From: an uncultured Rikenellaceae bacterium
GTDB taxonomy: Bacteria > Bacteroidota > Bacteroidia > Bacteroidales > VadinHA17
NCBI GenBank assembly: GCA_964596715.1
Contig: CAZQVL010000002.1
Span: 50,829-114,828, forward strand
Reading direction: 5' to 3'
DNA length: 64,000 bases
Position 1 is the stretch's first letter. Every line of letters starts with the position of its first letter. Of the stretch, positions 49,784 to 59,607 are shown piece by piece. Below the pieces are notes generated by a model that was not told the origin of the DNA, did no database searches, and saw only the letters and a program-made list of their open reading frames with translations. The translations under genes and the position numbers were made by a program.

Positions 49784-51066
49784 GGCTGTTTTTCTCTTAA
49801 GGTAATTTTATAGATATCCTCTTTTCCGGAGCCGGTAAATTCTTTATAGATTGAATAATAACCGGAATTTCCGTTACCGGTTGGCATGAAGAAAAAATTA
49901 TCATCAGGGTTATTCAGCGGATATCCGATATTCTCAGGAGTGCTCCATAAATTGTTTGATTGAAGTTCGGATCTGAAAATATCATAACCTCCTACATTAT
50001 TGTGTCCCTGTGAGCTGAAGAAAAGCGTCCTGCCATTATTGATAAGAAATGGTCTGTCTTCGTTAAACCGTGTATTAATCTCGGGACCAAGATTGACAGG
50101 CGGACCCCAGTCTCCATTTTGTATCTGAGAAATATAAAGATCAAGACCACCGAAACCACCTGGTCTGTCTGACGCAAATATCAGTTGATTACCATCTTCA
50201 GATATAAAACCATGTGATTCCCAGTATTTTGTATTAATATTCCGGTTAAGCAGGACACTTTTAGTCCATCTGATTCCGTCAAATGTGCTAACATAGATAT
50301 CACTGTTATTGTTGTCATCTTTGGAAAGGAATAGAAGATTTCCATCTGATGAAAGACATGAGATATAAAGATCTCCGTCTGACTGAAGTCCGGGGGTAAC
50401 ATTCTCAGGCAGGCTCCATTTTCTGTTGATAAGTCTTGAAAACATTATTGCATCATAAAACTTCAGAGAAACCATATATGCAAATGATTGCCCGTCGCTT
50501 GATATTACCGGATTAAACTCGGATTGTGATGTATTAAAGAGCGGGCCAATGTTTTCTTCAATAAAATCAACGGGCCGGGCTATGATTTCCGTGGCATTGT
50601 CACATATTCTTATTTCATTTTGTATGAAATCGATATTTTCATGATCATCAGGCAGGAGTGTTTCAAAATATCTCTGGTAGCACTCTTTGGCTTTATCGAA
50701 CATGTAGTTAATACGATAGGCTTTACCCAGATCGTATAATGCATCATAAGGTGCTGATTTATAATTCAGTGATCCTTCCTTGTGTTTTGCCGACATGTTT
50801 TTTACAGCTGTCTCCAGATAGCTGACAGACAGGTTCTTTTTACCGGGAATGTTAAGATAGCAGGCTCCTATCCGGAATGCGAGATTGAAATTATCCGGAA
50901 ATATCTCATACAGCTTAAGGTAATAAGGGAGAGCGTCAGAATAATCTTCATTCATAAAAAAATACTCGGCATCGAGGAATGTCTCATGAAGATTACGTGT
51001 GTCCTGAGCACACAATGTGATGGAAATTGTTATTGCAGTAATCAGACAGACAATTTTTTTGCTCAT
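49780..51066 (-). CDS. TPR-PD40 protein, no anchor domain
   Basis: WESHGFIS, IFASDRPGG, EDRPFL; ends right after the propeller (EDIYKI). Confidence 0.8.
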   Translation of the reverse strand: MSKKIVCLITAITISITLCAQDTRNLHETFLDAEYFFMNEDYSDALPYYLKLYEIFPDNFNLAFRIGACYLNIPGKKNLSVSYLETAVKNMSAKHKEGSLNYKSAPYDALYDLGKAYRINYMFDKAKECYQRYFETLLPDDHENIDFIQNEIRICDNATEIIARPVDFIEENIGPLFNTSQSEFNPVISSDGQSFAYMVSLKFYDAIMFSRLINRKWSLPENVTPGLQSDGDLYISCLSSDGNLLFLSKDDNNNSDIYVSTFDGIRWTKSVLLNRNINTKYWESHGFISEDGNQLIFASDRPGGFGGLDLYISQIQNGDWGPPVNLGPEINTRFNEDRPFLINNGRTLFFSSQGHNNVGGYDIFRSELQSNNLWSTPENIGYPLNNPDDNFFFMPTGNGNSGYYSIYKEFTGSGKEDIYKITLREKQP

Positions 51067-51145
51067 AGCAGAAGATTTAAATATCCAAATTTATTAAAAA
51101 TATTACCACCCTCAAAAATACTTGCCTGCAATTTTTCAGACTGAA

Positions 51146-53767
51146 TTACTGACCATCTGTTTTTCTTCTTTTTCTGAATATTACTATGAAAAGGAGAATT
51201 AATCCTGCACCGAGTGCTATCCACAGAATCCATAACCGGCATACCTTGCCTTCAGACAGGCGATCTTCAAAAGTGTCCGAAGGAATTTCGCAGGCAGCAA
51301 TAATACGGGCAAAACTCTCAAATACATCTTCAGCAGGATACAGATCTTCATTTACTATAATATGATTTATCAGATCCTGCGCTGACTTTATTTTTTCTTT
51401 TTTGACATTAATAGCCCTGAGCAATGAGAGTAACGGATCTTCTGTATAATTGATGAATTCTTCAAGAAATTGTTTCGCATCTGATTCCGGAGGCGAACTG
51501 AGGATGGCAAACATCTGAGCTAATTGAATTTCTGTAAGTCCCTGACCGATTGCGTCACTATAGACTGATTGCAACCATTTACCAGCTGTCTTTATTTCAA
51601 GATTATCTGTATTCTCGACTGATTTACGGATCAGACTGCCTGATTTATGTACTTCACTGTATGCAAGAATCTTTTCCCTTATAATTGATATCGCAGGATC
51701 AGAAGGAGCAATAATATCCTCAGCCAATCTATTAAACTCCGCCGGGCTTGTTATAATATCATCATCTTTGTCAAATTGATGATTTTCAATATCAGAATCT
51801 TCAATTATCATTCTGATTTTATCATCAGCCTGCTCCTTCTGCACCTGGTTAAATGTTTCCGCCTCTTCCTTGGCAATGATGTATTCAGGTTTTACAGTTG
51901 GTTCAGTACTTTTTATCCTGGTTATCAGGACTTCTGCAGCAGCTCTATTATTGAACCTGTCAGTAAGTGTAAACACGATTTTGTTATCGCCGGGCAGAGG
52001 TATAACCTTATAATTGAAGGAAGACCGGGTTATTTTATGTTTCTCCGGAGATATGGAGTCAATACCGGACAGGTGTTCAATGGCAAGCACCGACCGGGTT
52101 TCGACTTCTAAAGGAATAACAACCGGATCATCTGTACTGACAATAATTATTTTGTCGGCTCCGACAACAAGATCTGCAACTAAATCTTTTTGTGGCAGGA
52201 CAATTTCGGGAAGAATAATTGTATCAGAAGGATTTGTGAGCGGAAGCTGAATGATTTTACTGATTTTTCCTCCTCCATCTGCCTCATAAGTAAATTCATA
52301 ATTGCCATGCGGTAACTGTAACTCATATTCGCCTGTTTCCGGGTCTGAAAAGCTACTGCTTGACTGGTCTGTTTTTCTTGTATTCACTGCGCTGATCTTT
52401 ACTCTGTCATTCATATCGCCGATCAGATCAGCCACTTTGACCATTCCCATTACATAGAATTCTCTTGGATGCTTATCTGAGAACAACTCCAGTCTGTAAA
52501 TATCCTGGTTTCCAAAACCTTCCGGACTGTATTTTGCAAGATATCCCTCATGTCCTTCATTTACAGGTTTAAAGAATATATCATCATCGGTGGAGTTAAG
52601 AGGATAACCGACATTCATGGGGACCGTCCATTCACCGTTGTCCGTAAGTGTTGAGTAAAAGACATCATAACCCCCCATGTTAAAGTGTCCTCTTGAACTG
52701 AAAAAAAGTGTTTTATCATCCTTACTCAGAAAAGGAGTCTCGTCATTGTAAGGAGTGTTTATAACTGATCCCAGGTTAACAGGTGTACCCCAGTCTCCTG
52801 AACTATCCCTTTCAGATACGTAGATATCCAATCCTCCAAATCCTCCTTTCCTGTTGCTTGTAAAGTAGAGCTTTTTATTATTGTGGGAAACAGTTGCATG
52901 TGACTCCCAGAATTTGGTATTTATATTAGGATTGAGCATTACAGGGAGAGACCAGGTACCGTTTTCAAATCTTGAAATATATATGTTGCCGTCGTAATCA
53001 ACAGAGCTATAAAGGTACAGATCCTTACCATCAGCGGACAGGGAAGTCGGAAAGAAATCTCTGTCTATTTTCAGTATCTCATTCATATTGACAGGTCCCG
53101 ACCATTGATTATTATTTCTGGTGGAATAAAGAATTGCATCATAGAAAGGCTCGCTTTTTGAAAACACCAGAATATTCTCATTGTCGGAAATGACTGGATT
53201 GAATTCAGAGGTATTCTCGTTTATTGAGTTGCCGAGGTTGGTTTCCCTGATGAAAAGGGGATTCGCCATCAGGTCTTTTGCATTATGACAGGATTGGATC
53301 TGAAGGTTAACGATTATGGAGTCATAAATTTTCGGATCAAGATTCTCTTTGAATTGGATGTATGTCTCGATAGCTTTGTCAAGCTGGTTATTAATTCTGT
53401 AAGCATTTGCAAGAAAGTAGAGGGCATCATATGGCGCACTGGTCTCCCTGAAACTTCCCTCTATATATTTTGAATTAATATTTTTAACAGCATCTTCGAG
53501 GTATCCTATTGATTTTTCTTTTTCCCCGGGTGTATTAATATAGCACTGTCCAATCCTGTATTTATAATTGGCGTTATCAGGGTATATTTCAAGGAGTCTC
53601 TGATATAGAGGCAAAGCTTCCTGGTAATCTTCAAAGAGAATCCAGCTTTCAGCTTCATAGAAATTGTTTTTGATTTCACTTCTGGACTGGGATATCAATT
53701 CCGGATTGATTAATATAACCAGGCTCCATGATAAAAGAACTATCTTTTTCATTCGTTTGATTTTCAT
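51146..53767 (-). CDS. TPR-PD40 protein with beta-sandwich and helical extension and a C-terminal TM helix
   Basis: WESHATV, YFTSNRKGG, DETPFL; C-terminus LWILWIALGAGLILLFIVIFRKRRK. Confidence 0.8.
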   Translation of the reverse strand: MKIKRMKKIVLLSWSLVILINPELISQSRSEIKNNFYEAESWILFEDYQEALPLYQRLLEIYPDNANYKYRIGQCYINTPGEKEKSIGYLEDAVKNINSKYIEGSFRETSAPYDALYFLANAYRINNQLDKAIETYIQFKENLDPKIYDSIIVNLQIQSCHNAKDLMANPLFIRETNLGNSINENTSEFNPVISDNENILVFSKSEPFYDAILYSTRNNNQWSGPVNMNEILKIDRDFFPTSLSADGKDLYLYSSVDYDGNIYISRFENGTWSLPVMLNPNINTKFWESHATVSHNNKKLYFTSNRKGGFGGLDIYVSERDSSGDWGTPVNLGSVINTPYNDETPFLSKDDKTLFFSSRGHFNMGGYDVFYSTLTDNGEWTVPMNVGYPLNSTDDDIFFKPVNEGHEGYLAKYSPEGFGNQDIYRLELFSDKHPREFYVMGMVKVADLIGDMNDRVKISAVNTRKTDQSSSSFSDPETGEYELQLPHGNYEFTYEADGGGKISKIIQLPLTNPSDTIILPEIVLPQKDLVADLVVGADKIIIVSTDDPVVIPLEVETRSVLAIEHLSGIDSISPEKHKITRSSFNYKVIPLPGDNKIVFTLTDRFNNRAAAEVLITRIKSTEPTVKPEYIIAKEEAETFNQVQKEQADDKIRMIIEDSDIENHQFDKDDDIITSPAEFNRLAEDIIAPSDPAISIIREKILAYSEVHKSGSLIRKSVENTDNLEIKTAGKWLQSVYSDAIGQGLTEIQLAQMFAILSSPPESDAKQFLEEFINYTEDPLLSLLRAINVKKEKIKSAQDLINHIIVNEDLYPAEDVFESFARIIAACEIPSDTFEDRLSEGKVCRLWILWIALGAGLILLFIVIFRKRRKTDGQ

Positions 53768-53905
53768 TTCTCAAGCTACTAATATATGAGAAATAAAAGA
53801 AAATAGATATTCCCTTTTTGTCCTTTTTATTAACTATCTTAAATTTTATGTTAATCCTGATAATCCAGAAATGAGTAAGAAAGAGAATGGATATTTGTTA
53901 TTATT

Positions 53906-55213
53906 TTAATACAGATCGGGTGTATAGTTTTCGAGGATCTCTTTAAGCCTGTTAAGAAATTTTCCCGCAAGAGCACCATCGATAACTCTGTGGTCATAGC
54001 TTAATGACAGGATCATAAACTGACGGATGCCAATAACATCACCATCGGGTGTCTCAATTACTGCAGGTGTTTTTCTGACTGCTCCGGTCCCAAGTATGGC
54101 TGCCTGGGGCTGATTTATGATAGGGGTTCCGGAAAGGTTGTTATAACTTCCAAAGTTAGTTACAGTAAATGTTCCCCCTTTTATTTCATCGGGTTTTAAT
54201 TTATTTTTTCTGGCTCTGTCAGCCAGGTCATTGACAGCTCTGGCCAATCCGGTCAGATTTTTCTCATTTGCATTTTTTATTATCGGTACGATAAGGTTTC
54301 CGTCAGGTAAAGCAGTAGCCATACCGATATTGATATTTTTCCTGATGATTATTTTATCACCTTCGACTGATATGTTAAGCATCGGATATTCGTGCAAAGC
54401 TCTGGCAGTAGCATCAATAAAGATAGGTGTAAGTGTAAGTTTCTGTCCCTCAGTGGCAAGGAATTTTTCCTTTATTCTGTTTCTCCAGTTCACCAGGCGG
54501 GTTACATCAGCATCGATGAATGATGTTACATGCGGGGAAGTTCTTTTTGACATAACCATATGTTCAGCAATTAGCTTACGAACACGGTCCATCTCTATTA
54601 TCTCATCCCCTTCTGCAGAGGTGCCGGAAATAATTTGTTTTTCTTCTGTTTCTGAAGTCTTTAATGTTTCTGCTTTCTTTTTATCTTCTGCTGCTTTTTT
54701 TCTTTCTTCCAGGAGTTTTAATACATCATCTTTGGTAATTCTTCCATCCATTCCGGTCCCGTTCAGTTTATCCAGGTCGGAATAGCTGATTTCTTCCCGG
54801 GCAGCTATGCTTCTGACAAGAGGGGATATAAATTTGCCTGAAGGAGTCCTGCTTTTCATATCATGGGATAGAGTTTCAACTTCCTTCTTTTCCTGTCTGG
54901 CAGTATTAATAGTTGCCCTGATTCTTTCAACCTCTTTGGCGATTTTCTTTGAATCTTCCGGACCGGTCTCAACAATGGTTTCAATTACAGCGATCACATC
55001 TCCTACTTTTGCTACGGACCCTTCAGCAGCTGCAATGGAAACAATAGTACCTGCAGCAGGAGCAGGCACCTCTGAATCGACTTTATCAGTGGCTACTTCT
55101 ACGATAGGGTCTTCTTCTTTGACTACCGAACCTTCAGAAACAAGCCATTTATTAATTATTGCTTCGATAACTCCTTCACCCATCGCGGGCAATACTATGT
55201 TCATTCTTGCCAT
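53906..55213 (-). CDS. 2-oxoacid dehydrogenase E2 (dihydrolipoamide acyltransferase)
   Basis: Lipoyl motif ATDKVDSEV, E3-binding SPLVRSIA...GRITKDD, catalytic DHRVIDG. Confidence 0.93.
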   Translation of the reverse strand: MARMNIVLPAMGEGVIEAIINKWLVSEGSVVKEEDPIVEVATDKVDSEVPAPAAGTIVSIAAAEGSVAKVGDVIAVIETIVETGPEDSKKIAKEVERIRATINTARQEKKEVETLSHDMKSRTPSGKFISPLVRSIAAREEISYSDLDKLNGTGMDGRITKDDVLKLLEERKKAAEDKKKAETLKTSETEEKQIISGTSAEGDEIIEMDRVRKLIAEHMVMSKRTSPHVTSFIDADVTRLVNWRNRIKEKFLATEGQKLTLTPIFIDATARALHEYPMLNISVEGDKIIIRKNINIGMATALPDGNLIVPIIKNANEKNLTGLARAVNDLADRARKNKLKPDEIKGGTFTVTNFGSYNNLSGTPIINQPQAAILGTGAVRKTPAVIETPDGDVIGIRQFMILSLSYDHRVIDGALAGKFLNRLKEILENYTPDLY

Positions 55214-55311
55214 GAATATGTTTTTTGTTCTTATCGTACTAACAACTATGACAGCAATATGTTTGATAAATCTTTGTGTTAATAAAACAAGATAAGCGGT
55301 ACTACTGGAAC

Positions 55312-55488
55312 TTACTGATTACTTATTTCATTATGAATGACTCGTGAAAGCCTCTTAACTCCTTCTTCGATCTCATCATTGTCGGAAAAGCAGAAATTGA
55401 TACGCATTGTATTTTTGCCCGAATTATCACAGAAGAAAGTTGATCCTGAAACAAATGCAACATTAAGGAAATGATTTATGGATTTCAT
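55312..55488 (-). pseudogene. PLP-dependent aminotransferase (class I/II) remnant, start fused in-frame to the last 50 codons
   Basis: 58-aa frame [58 protein letters not shown]; its ATG overlaps the recR stop (TGATG). Confidence 0.8.
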
Positions 55489-56102
55489 CATTGCTGATAG
55501 GGATTTCGGTTCGTAATTGCCCTTCCAAGAGTTACTTCATCAGTGTATTCAAGCTCATCGCCGATAGCCACACCTCTGGCAAGTGTAGTAAGGAGGACAT
55601 CATATTTATTAAGTCTTCTGTAAAGATAGAAATTAGTGGTATCGCCTTCCATTGTTGTACTAAGTGCGAAAATAATTTCTTTAACTCCACCTGCTTTTAA
55701 TTTTTCTTCAAGATTTTCGATTTTAAGGTCGGAAGGTCCAATACCGTCAACCGGTGAAATGATACCACCAAGCACATGATATACTCCTTTGAACTGTCTT
55801 GTATTTTCAATCGCCATTACATCCTGGATATTCTCGACAACACAAATTATTGTTTTGTCTCTTTTCTCATCTTTACAGATGTTGCATACTTCAGTGTCAG
55901 ATATATTATTGCAGATACTGCAATAGTTGATCTCAGAACGTAATTTTATTATGCACTCTCCGAATCTTCTTACTTCTTCAGTATCTTTTCTTAAAAGGTT
56001 CATAACCAACCTAAGAGCTGTTTTACGCCCGATACCGGGAAGTGATGCGAATTCATTTACTGCATTCTCCAGTAATCTTGAAGGGAACTCTGTGAAACTC
56101 AT
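55488..56102 (-). CDS. recR: Recombination protein RecR
   Basis: [18 protein letters not shown]...CNIC zinc finger, YHVLGG, TMEGDTT, ELEYTDE. Confidence 0.96.
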   Translation of the reverse strand: MSFTEFPSRLLENAVNEFASLPGIGRKTALRLVMNLLRKDTEEVRRFGECIIKLRSEINYCSICNNISDTEVCNICKDEKRDKTIICVVENIQDVMAIENTRQFKGVYHVLGGIISPVDGIGPSDLKIENLEEKLKAGGVKEIIFALSTTMEGDTTNFYLYRRLNKYDVLLTTLARGVAIGDELEYTDEVTLGRAITNRNPYQQ

Positions 56103-56201
56103 ATTAAGATGTTTTGGACAAAATTAATTCAATTATTGCCTTTAAACTAAACAGGTCAGGAATTTTTTGTCTGCATTCTTTTTACTATTCTTGCAGATTA
56201 T

Positions 56202-57662
56202 TTGCCCGGGATGTCACCATCACTTATTCTTGGAATATTCCTTGTTTACACAGCTCTGCTCTTTATTGTAACATGGATAACAGCACACAAAGCCGACAGC
56301 CAGTCGTTCTATATAGGGAATAAGATATCTCCGTGGTTTGTTGTTGCCTATGGGATGATAGGTGCATCGCTTTCAGGGGTTACCTTTATGTCAGTACCCG
56401 GATGGGTACAGGAGACACAGTTCAGCTATATGGTTGTTGTTTTCGGGTACCTGTTCGGTTATTTTGTCATAGCCCTCATTTTGCTGCCTTTATATTACAG
56501 GTTAAAACTAACTTCAATCTACACCTATCTCGATCAGCGCTTTGGGTTCTGGTCATACAAAACCGGTGCAGGTTTCTTTATCATATCAAGAACACTTGGA
56601 GTGTCGCTTCGTATGTTTTTGGTTATTAATGTATTACAAGTATTTGTTTTTGATTCCTGGAACGTTCCTTTCTGGATTAATGTCCTTATTTTTATTGTAC
56701 TTATTATTTTATATACTTTAAAAGGGGGAATAAAGACTATAGTCTGGACTGATACGCTGCAGACAACTTTTATGTTATTAGCAGTAGTATTTTCAATAAT
56801 TTATATCAGCAAAGGAATAGGAGTATCAATTTCAGGACTTATATCCCATGTCAACGACAGCTCTGTTTCACGAATGTTTATTACTGATTGGCACCATGAA
56901 AGATTTTTTATCAAGCAGTTTCTAAGCGGGATGTTTATTACAATAGTGATGACAGGACTTGATCAGGAGATGATGCAAAAGAATCTGAGCTGTAAGAATA
57001 TCAGGGAAGCTCAGAAGAATATGTTCACCTTCAGCGGTATTCTGGTTCTGGTAAATTTCATATTTTTGTTACTTGGTGCCCTTCTGTTTATTTATGCTCT
57101 GAACAAAGGAATCTCTGTGGCTTTGACAGATGACCTGTTCCCAACTATAGCTTTTCAATATCTGGGACCGGTTGCGGGTATAGTTTTTCTTATCGGGTTG
57201 ATTTCTGCAGCTTTCCCGAGTGCTGACGGTGCACTGACTTCACTTACCACATCAGTAAGCATTGACTTTCTGGGACTTGATCGCAAAAAAGAAATTTCAG
57301 AAAGAACCAGGACAAGGATCAGGTACGCTGTTCATATGACCATAGCACTTATATTCTTTATCAGTATATTGATTTTTAGAAAGTTGAGCGACAGAGCTGT
57401 TATAGATAAACTTTTTACAATAGCTGGTTATACATATGGGCCTTTACTGGGACTTTATTCATTCGGACTTTTTACAAAAAGGAAAGCAAACGACAGACTG
57501 ACACCTTATATTGCAATCATTTCTCCTGTAGTGTGTTACTTCCTCAGTCTTTATTCGGTGGAATTATTCAACGGGTATAAATTTGGTTTCGAATTACTAC
57601 TGGTTAATGGATTCCTGACATTCACCGGCTTACTGATATTCAGCCGTAAGCATGTTATTTAA
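56202..57662 (+). CDS. Sodium:solute symporter (SSS family)
   Basis: MIGASLSGVTFMSVPG, TIVWTDTLQ, GLDQEMMQKNL; about 13 TM helices. Confidence 0.9.
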   Translation: MPGMSPSLILGIFLVYTALLFIVTWITAHKADSQSFYIGNKISPWFVVAYGMIGASLSGVTFMSVPGWVQETQFSYMVVVFGYLFGYFVIALILLPLYYRLKLTSIYTYLDQRFGFWSYKTGAGFFIISRTLGVSLRMFLVINVLQVFVFDSWNVPFWINVLIFIVLIILYTLKGGIKTIVWTDTLQTTFMLLAVVFSIIYISKGIGVSISGLISHVNDSSVSRMFITDWHHERFFIKQFLSGMFITIVMTGLDQEMMQKNLSCKNIREAQKNMFTFSGILVLVNFIFLLLGALLFIYALNKGISVALTDDLFPTIAFQYLGPVAGIVFLIGLISAAFPSADGALTSLTTSVSIDFLGLDRKKEISERTRTRIRYAVHMTIALIFFISILIFRKLSDRAVIDKLFTIAGYTYGPLLGLYSFGLFTKRKANDRLTPYIAIISPVVCYFLSLYSVELFNGYKFGFELLLVNGFLTFTGLLIFSRKHVI

Positions 57663-58375
57663 CGATCGGTTTCCTCTGGTTCTTCCTGGACCTGGACCTC
57701 CTCCTTAATTTTTACATTAATGGTCTTATAAGGGATATTCAGTATCATATAATAACTTATACCAGCACTGGTGGATTTTCCTCCTCTGCCGAATCCCGGA
57801 AAATATATGGGTCTGAGATCCTTCCCAGTCCCGGCTGATATCAATAATCTTAACCTGATTGTCCATCCTAAACTGAGATTTTTAAATACTTCTGTTTTTA
57901 CTCCCGGAGCTACTTCAACGAAATGTCCCCAGCTTGTTCTGGATGGTATGGAAGAGGTTGTTGTTCCCCAGTAATTTTCGTGTTGAAATGAAGGGGTTGC
58001 AAAATTGAAGACGCTTACACCATATCTTAATCCGATCCCGGCCCAGTATCTTCCTTTAGAGATATCAGGTTTCAATAAATTAAAATCAACTCCGGCGCGG
58101 GCAAATGAGCCTTTAGTCCTGTAATCATAGTTATATTGTGAATATTTGTATTTAAGGAATCCGCCTTCAAGAACAAATGTCATTTTTTCATTCCGCTCAT
58201 AAGAAACAAATCCTTCAACGCTCATGTTGTTTTCGTCTGTTAGATAAATAACAGGGCCTGAAATTTCAATTCCGGCTCTAAGATTAAGCGGAAAGAGGAG
58301 ACTGTCCTGTCCTTTAAGCAGACACGGAACTGCAAGGATCAGAAAACTAATAAAATATGCGTACGTTCTCCTCAT
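57659..58375 (-). CDS. Outer-membrane beta-barrel-like protein (DUF6048-like)
   Basis: Signal peptide, amphipathic strands, RPIYFPGFG. Confidence 0.7.
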   Translation of the reverse strand: MRRTYAYFISFLILAVPCLLKGQDSLLFPLNLRAGIEISGPVIYLTDENNMSVEGFVSYERNEKMTFVLEGGFLKYKYSQYNYDYRTKGSFARAGVDFNLLKPDISKGRYWAGIGLRYGVSVFNFATPSFQHENYWGTTTSSIPSRTSWGHFVEVAPGVKTEVFKNLSLGWTIRLRLLISAGTGKDLRPIYFPGFGRGGKSTSAGISYYMILNIPYKTINVKIKEEVQVQEEPEETDR

Positions 58376-58814
58376 TAATGGTAGTTATATTATTATTCCT
58401 TACGATTATTGTATCAATGATGTTATTTGTGACAATATATGAATCGAGTATATGGTAAAAGGTATAGCCACACTCTTTTGAGATAAGATGAGGATAGCTG
58501 CTGTACTTCAGTATTATTGTGTCGGTTATTCCATTGATTCTGATAATAAACGTGCAATTATCAGTTGCTGAATTTAGAGGAAGCAGGGCTGGTTGAACAG
58601 ATACGGCTTTATTGTACAGTTTATTGGTATCCATGCCCATGCCGTACAAAGTAAGGCTGTCGGGTGCCTTATAATTACCTGTGGCGTCAAGATAGAATGA
58701 TGCCTTAAGAAAGGCATTTGTCTCTTCAAAACATGCTTCCGGAGAGCAGGAAATCAGATAAGTAAAAAAACCTGCAATGATTAGTTGAACAGCAACTGAA
58801 ACAAATCTGGTCAT
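58347..58814 (-). CDS. Lipoprotein (DUF6452-like)
   Basis: ISCSPEAC, LISKECGY, ENVRIFY; coupled to the DUF6048-like gene. Confidence 0.7.
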   Translation of the reverse strand: MTRFVSVAVQLIIAGFFTYLISCSPEACFEETNAFLKASFYLDATGNYKAPDSLTLYGMGMDTNKLYNKAVSVQPALLPLNSATDNCTFIIRINGITDTIILKYSSYPHLISKECGYTFYHILDSYIVTNNIIDTIIVRNNNITTINEENVRIFY

Positions 58815-58931
58815 TTAACTGTTAAAAGTATCAAAAATATAAAAAATCCCGTCTCACTGTCTGTGAAAGGCATAATGATTCATTTATTCTTTAATGAATT
58901 TTATAAGACAAACAGATAAAGTAAACTCCTC

Positions 58932-58991
58932 AACGCCCTAACGCCCTAACGCCCTAACGCCCTAACGCCCTAACGCCCTAACGCCCTAACG
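58932..58991. repeat. Tandem octamer repeat (AACGCCCT)7, i.e. (TTAGGGCG)n on the minus strand
   Basis: Seven perfect units plus a 4-nt partial unit, counted directly. Confidence 0.97.
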
Positions 58992-59443
58992 TTTCCCTGG
59001 AACTTCGGCAGGTTTTTCAATATTCCACTAATACCGTTTTTAATTTTTGAAAGCATATTAGACTCTTTTTCATTGACAAAGTATATTCCGGATATAAGAT
59101 CTTTGTATTTTTCTGCAACGTAGCTTCTCCTGAGCTTAAGGGTAGGAGAGAGTTCTCCAGGCAAATCGGCTGCCCAGAAGATTTTTTCGAGTCTTGACTG
59201 CAATGCTGCTCCACCCGAGACCATTACCTGGAGCTCTCCTCCGAGAGCTTCCTGCCACTTACTGAATATCAGTTTTCTTGCAATTTTATCACCTTTATTG
59301 TATCCGAGTGCAAGCAGGCCATAACTTACCCAGTTAACATAGTTCCGGACATCTTCAGTGGAATATTTGATCCATTCGTTGTCCTGTTTCCCTCCGTACA
59401 TGTCATTGCGGGGATATTTCTCATAATTCAGCTCAATACGAAT
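58970..59443 (-). pseudogene. Long-chain fatty acyl-CoA ligase (FadD-like) remnant with two in-frame internal deletions
   Basis: N-terminal ELNYEKYPRNDMYGGKQDNEWIKYS...GDKIA, then mid-protein RKLIFSKWQEALGG...VSGGAALQ...FWAA, then C-terminal GELSPTLKLRR; the AMP-binding loop and GYGLTE motif are missing. Confidence 0.85.
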
Positions 59444-59498
59444 TCCTGCGACACCTGTTTCGGGAGATCACAACGGAATTTTGTGGTACTAAAAATCC

Positions 59499-59600
59499 GA
59501 GCTTAGTTCAAAACTACGCTCAGCATTGTTTGTAATTTCTATCAGCGTTATTGTGTAAAATTCAGTTTTAAAGGCTCGGCGTAGTTTGAAACTACACCGC
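59499..59600. repeat. Inverted pair of REP-like hairpins (REPIN-like)
   Basis: GAGCTTAGTTCAAAACTACGCTCAGC and GCTCGGCGTAGTTTGAAACTACACCGC are each hairpins and approximate reverse complements, about 50 bp apart. Confidence 0.7.
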
Positions 59601-59607
59601 ATTAGTA

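Noticed and set aside
58932-58991. Possible CRISPR array or linear-replicon telomere
   Set aside because: 8-nt units without spacers, and internal to ordinary chromosomal genes.
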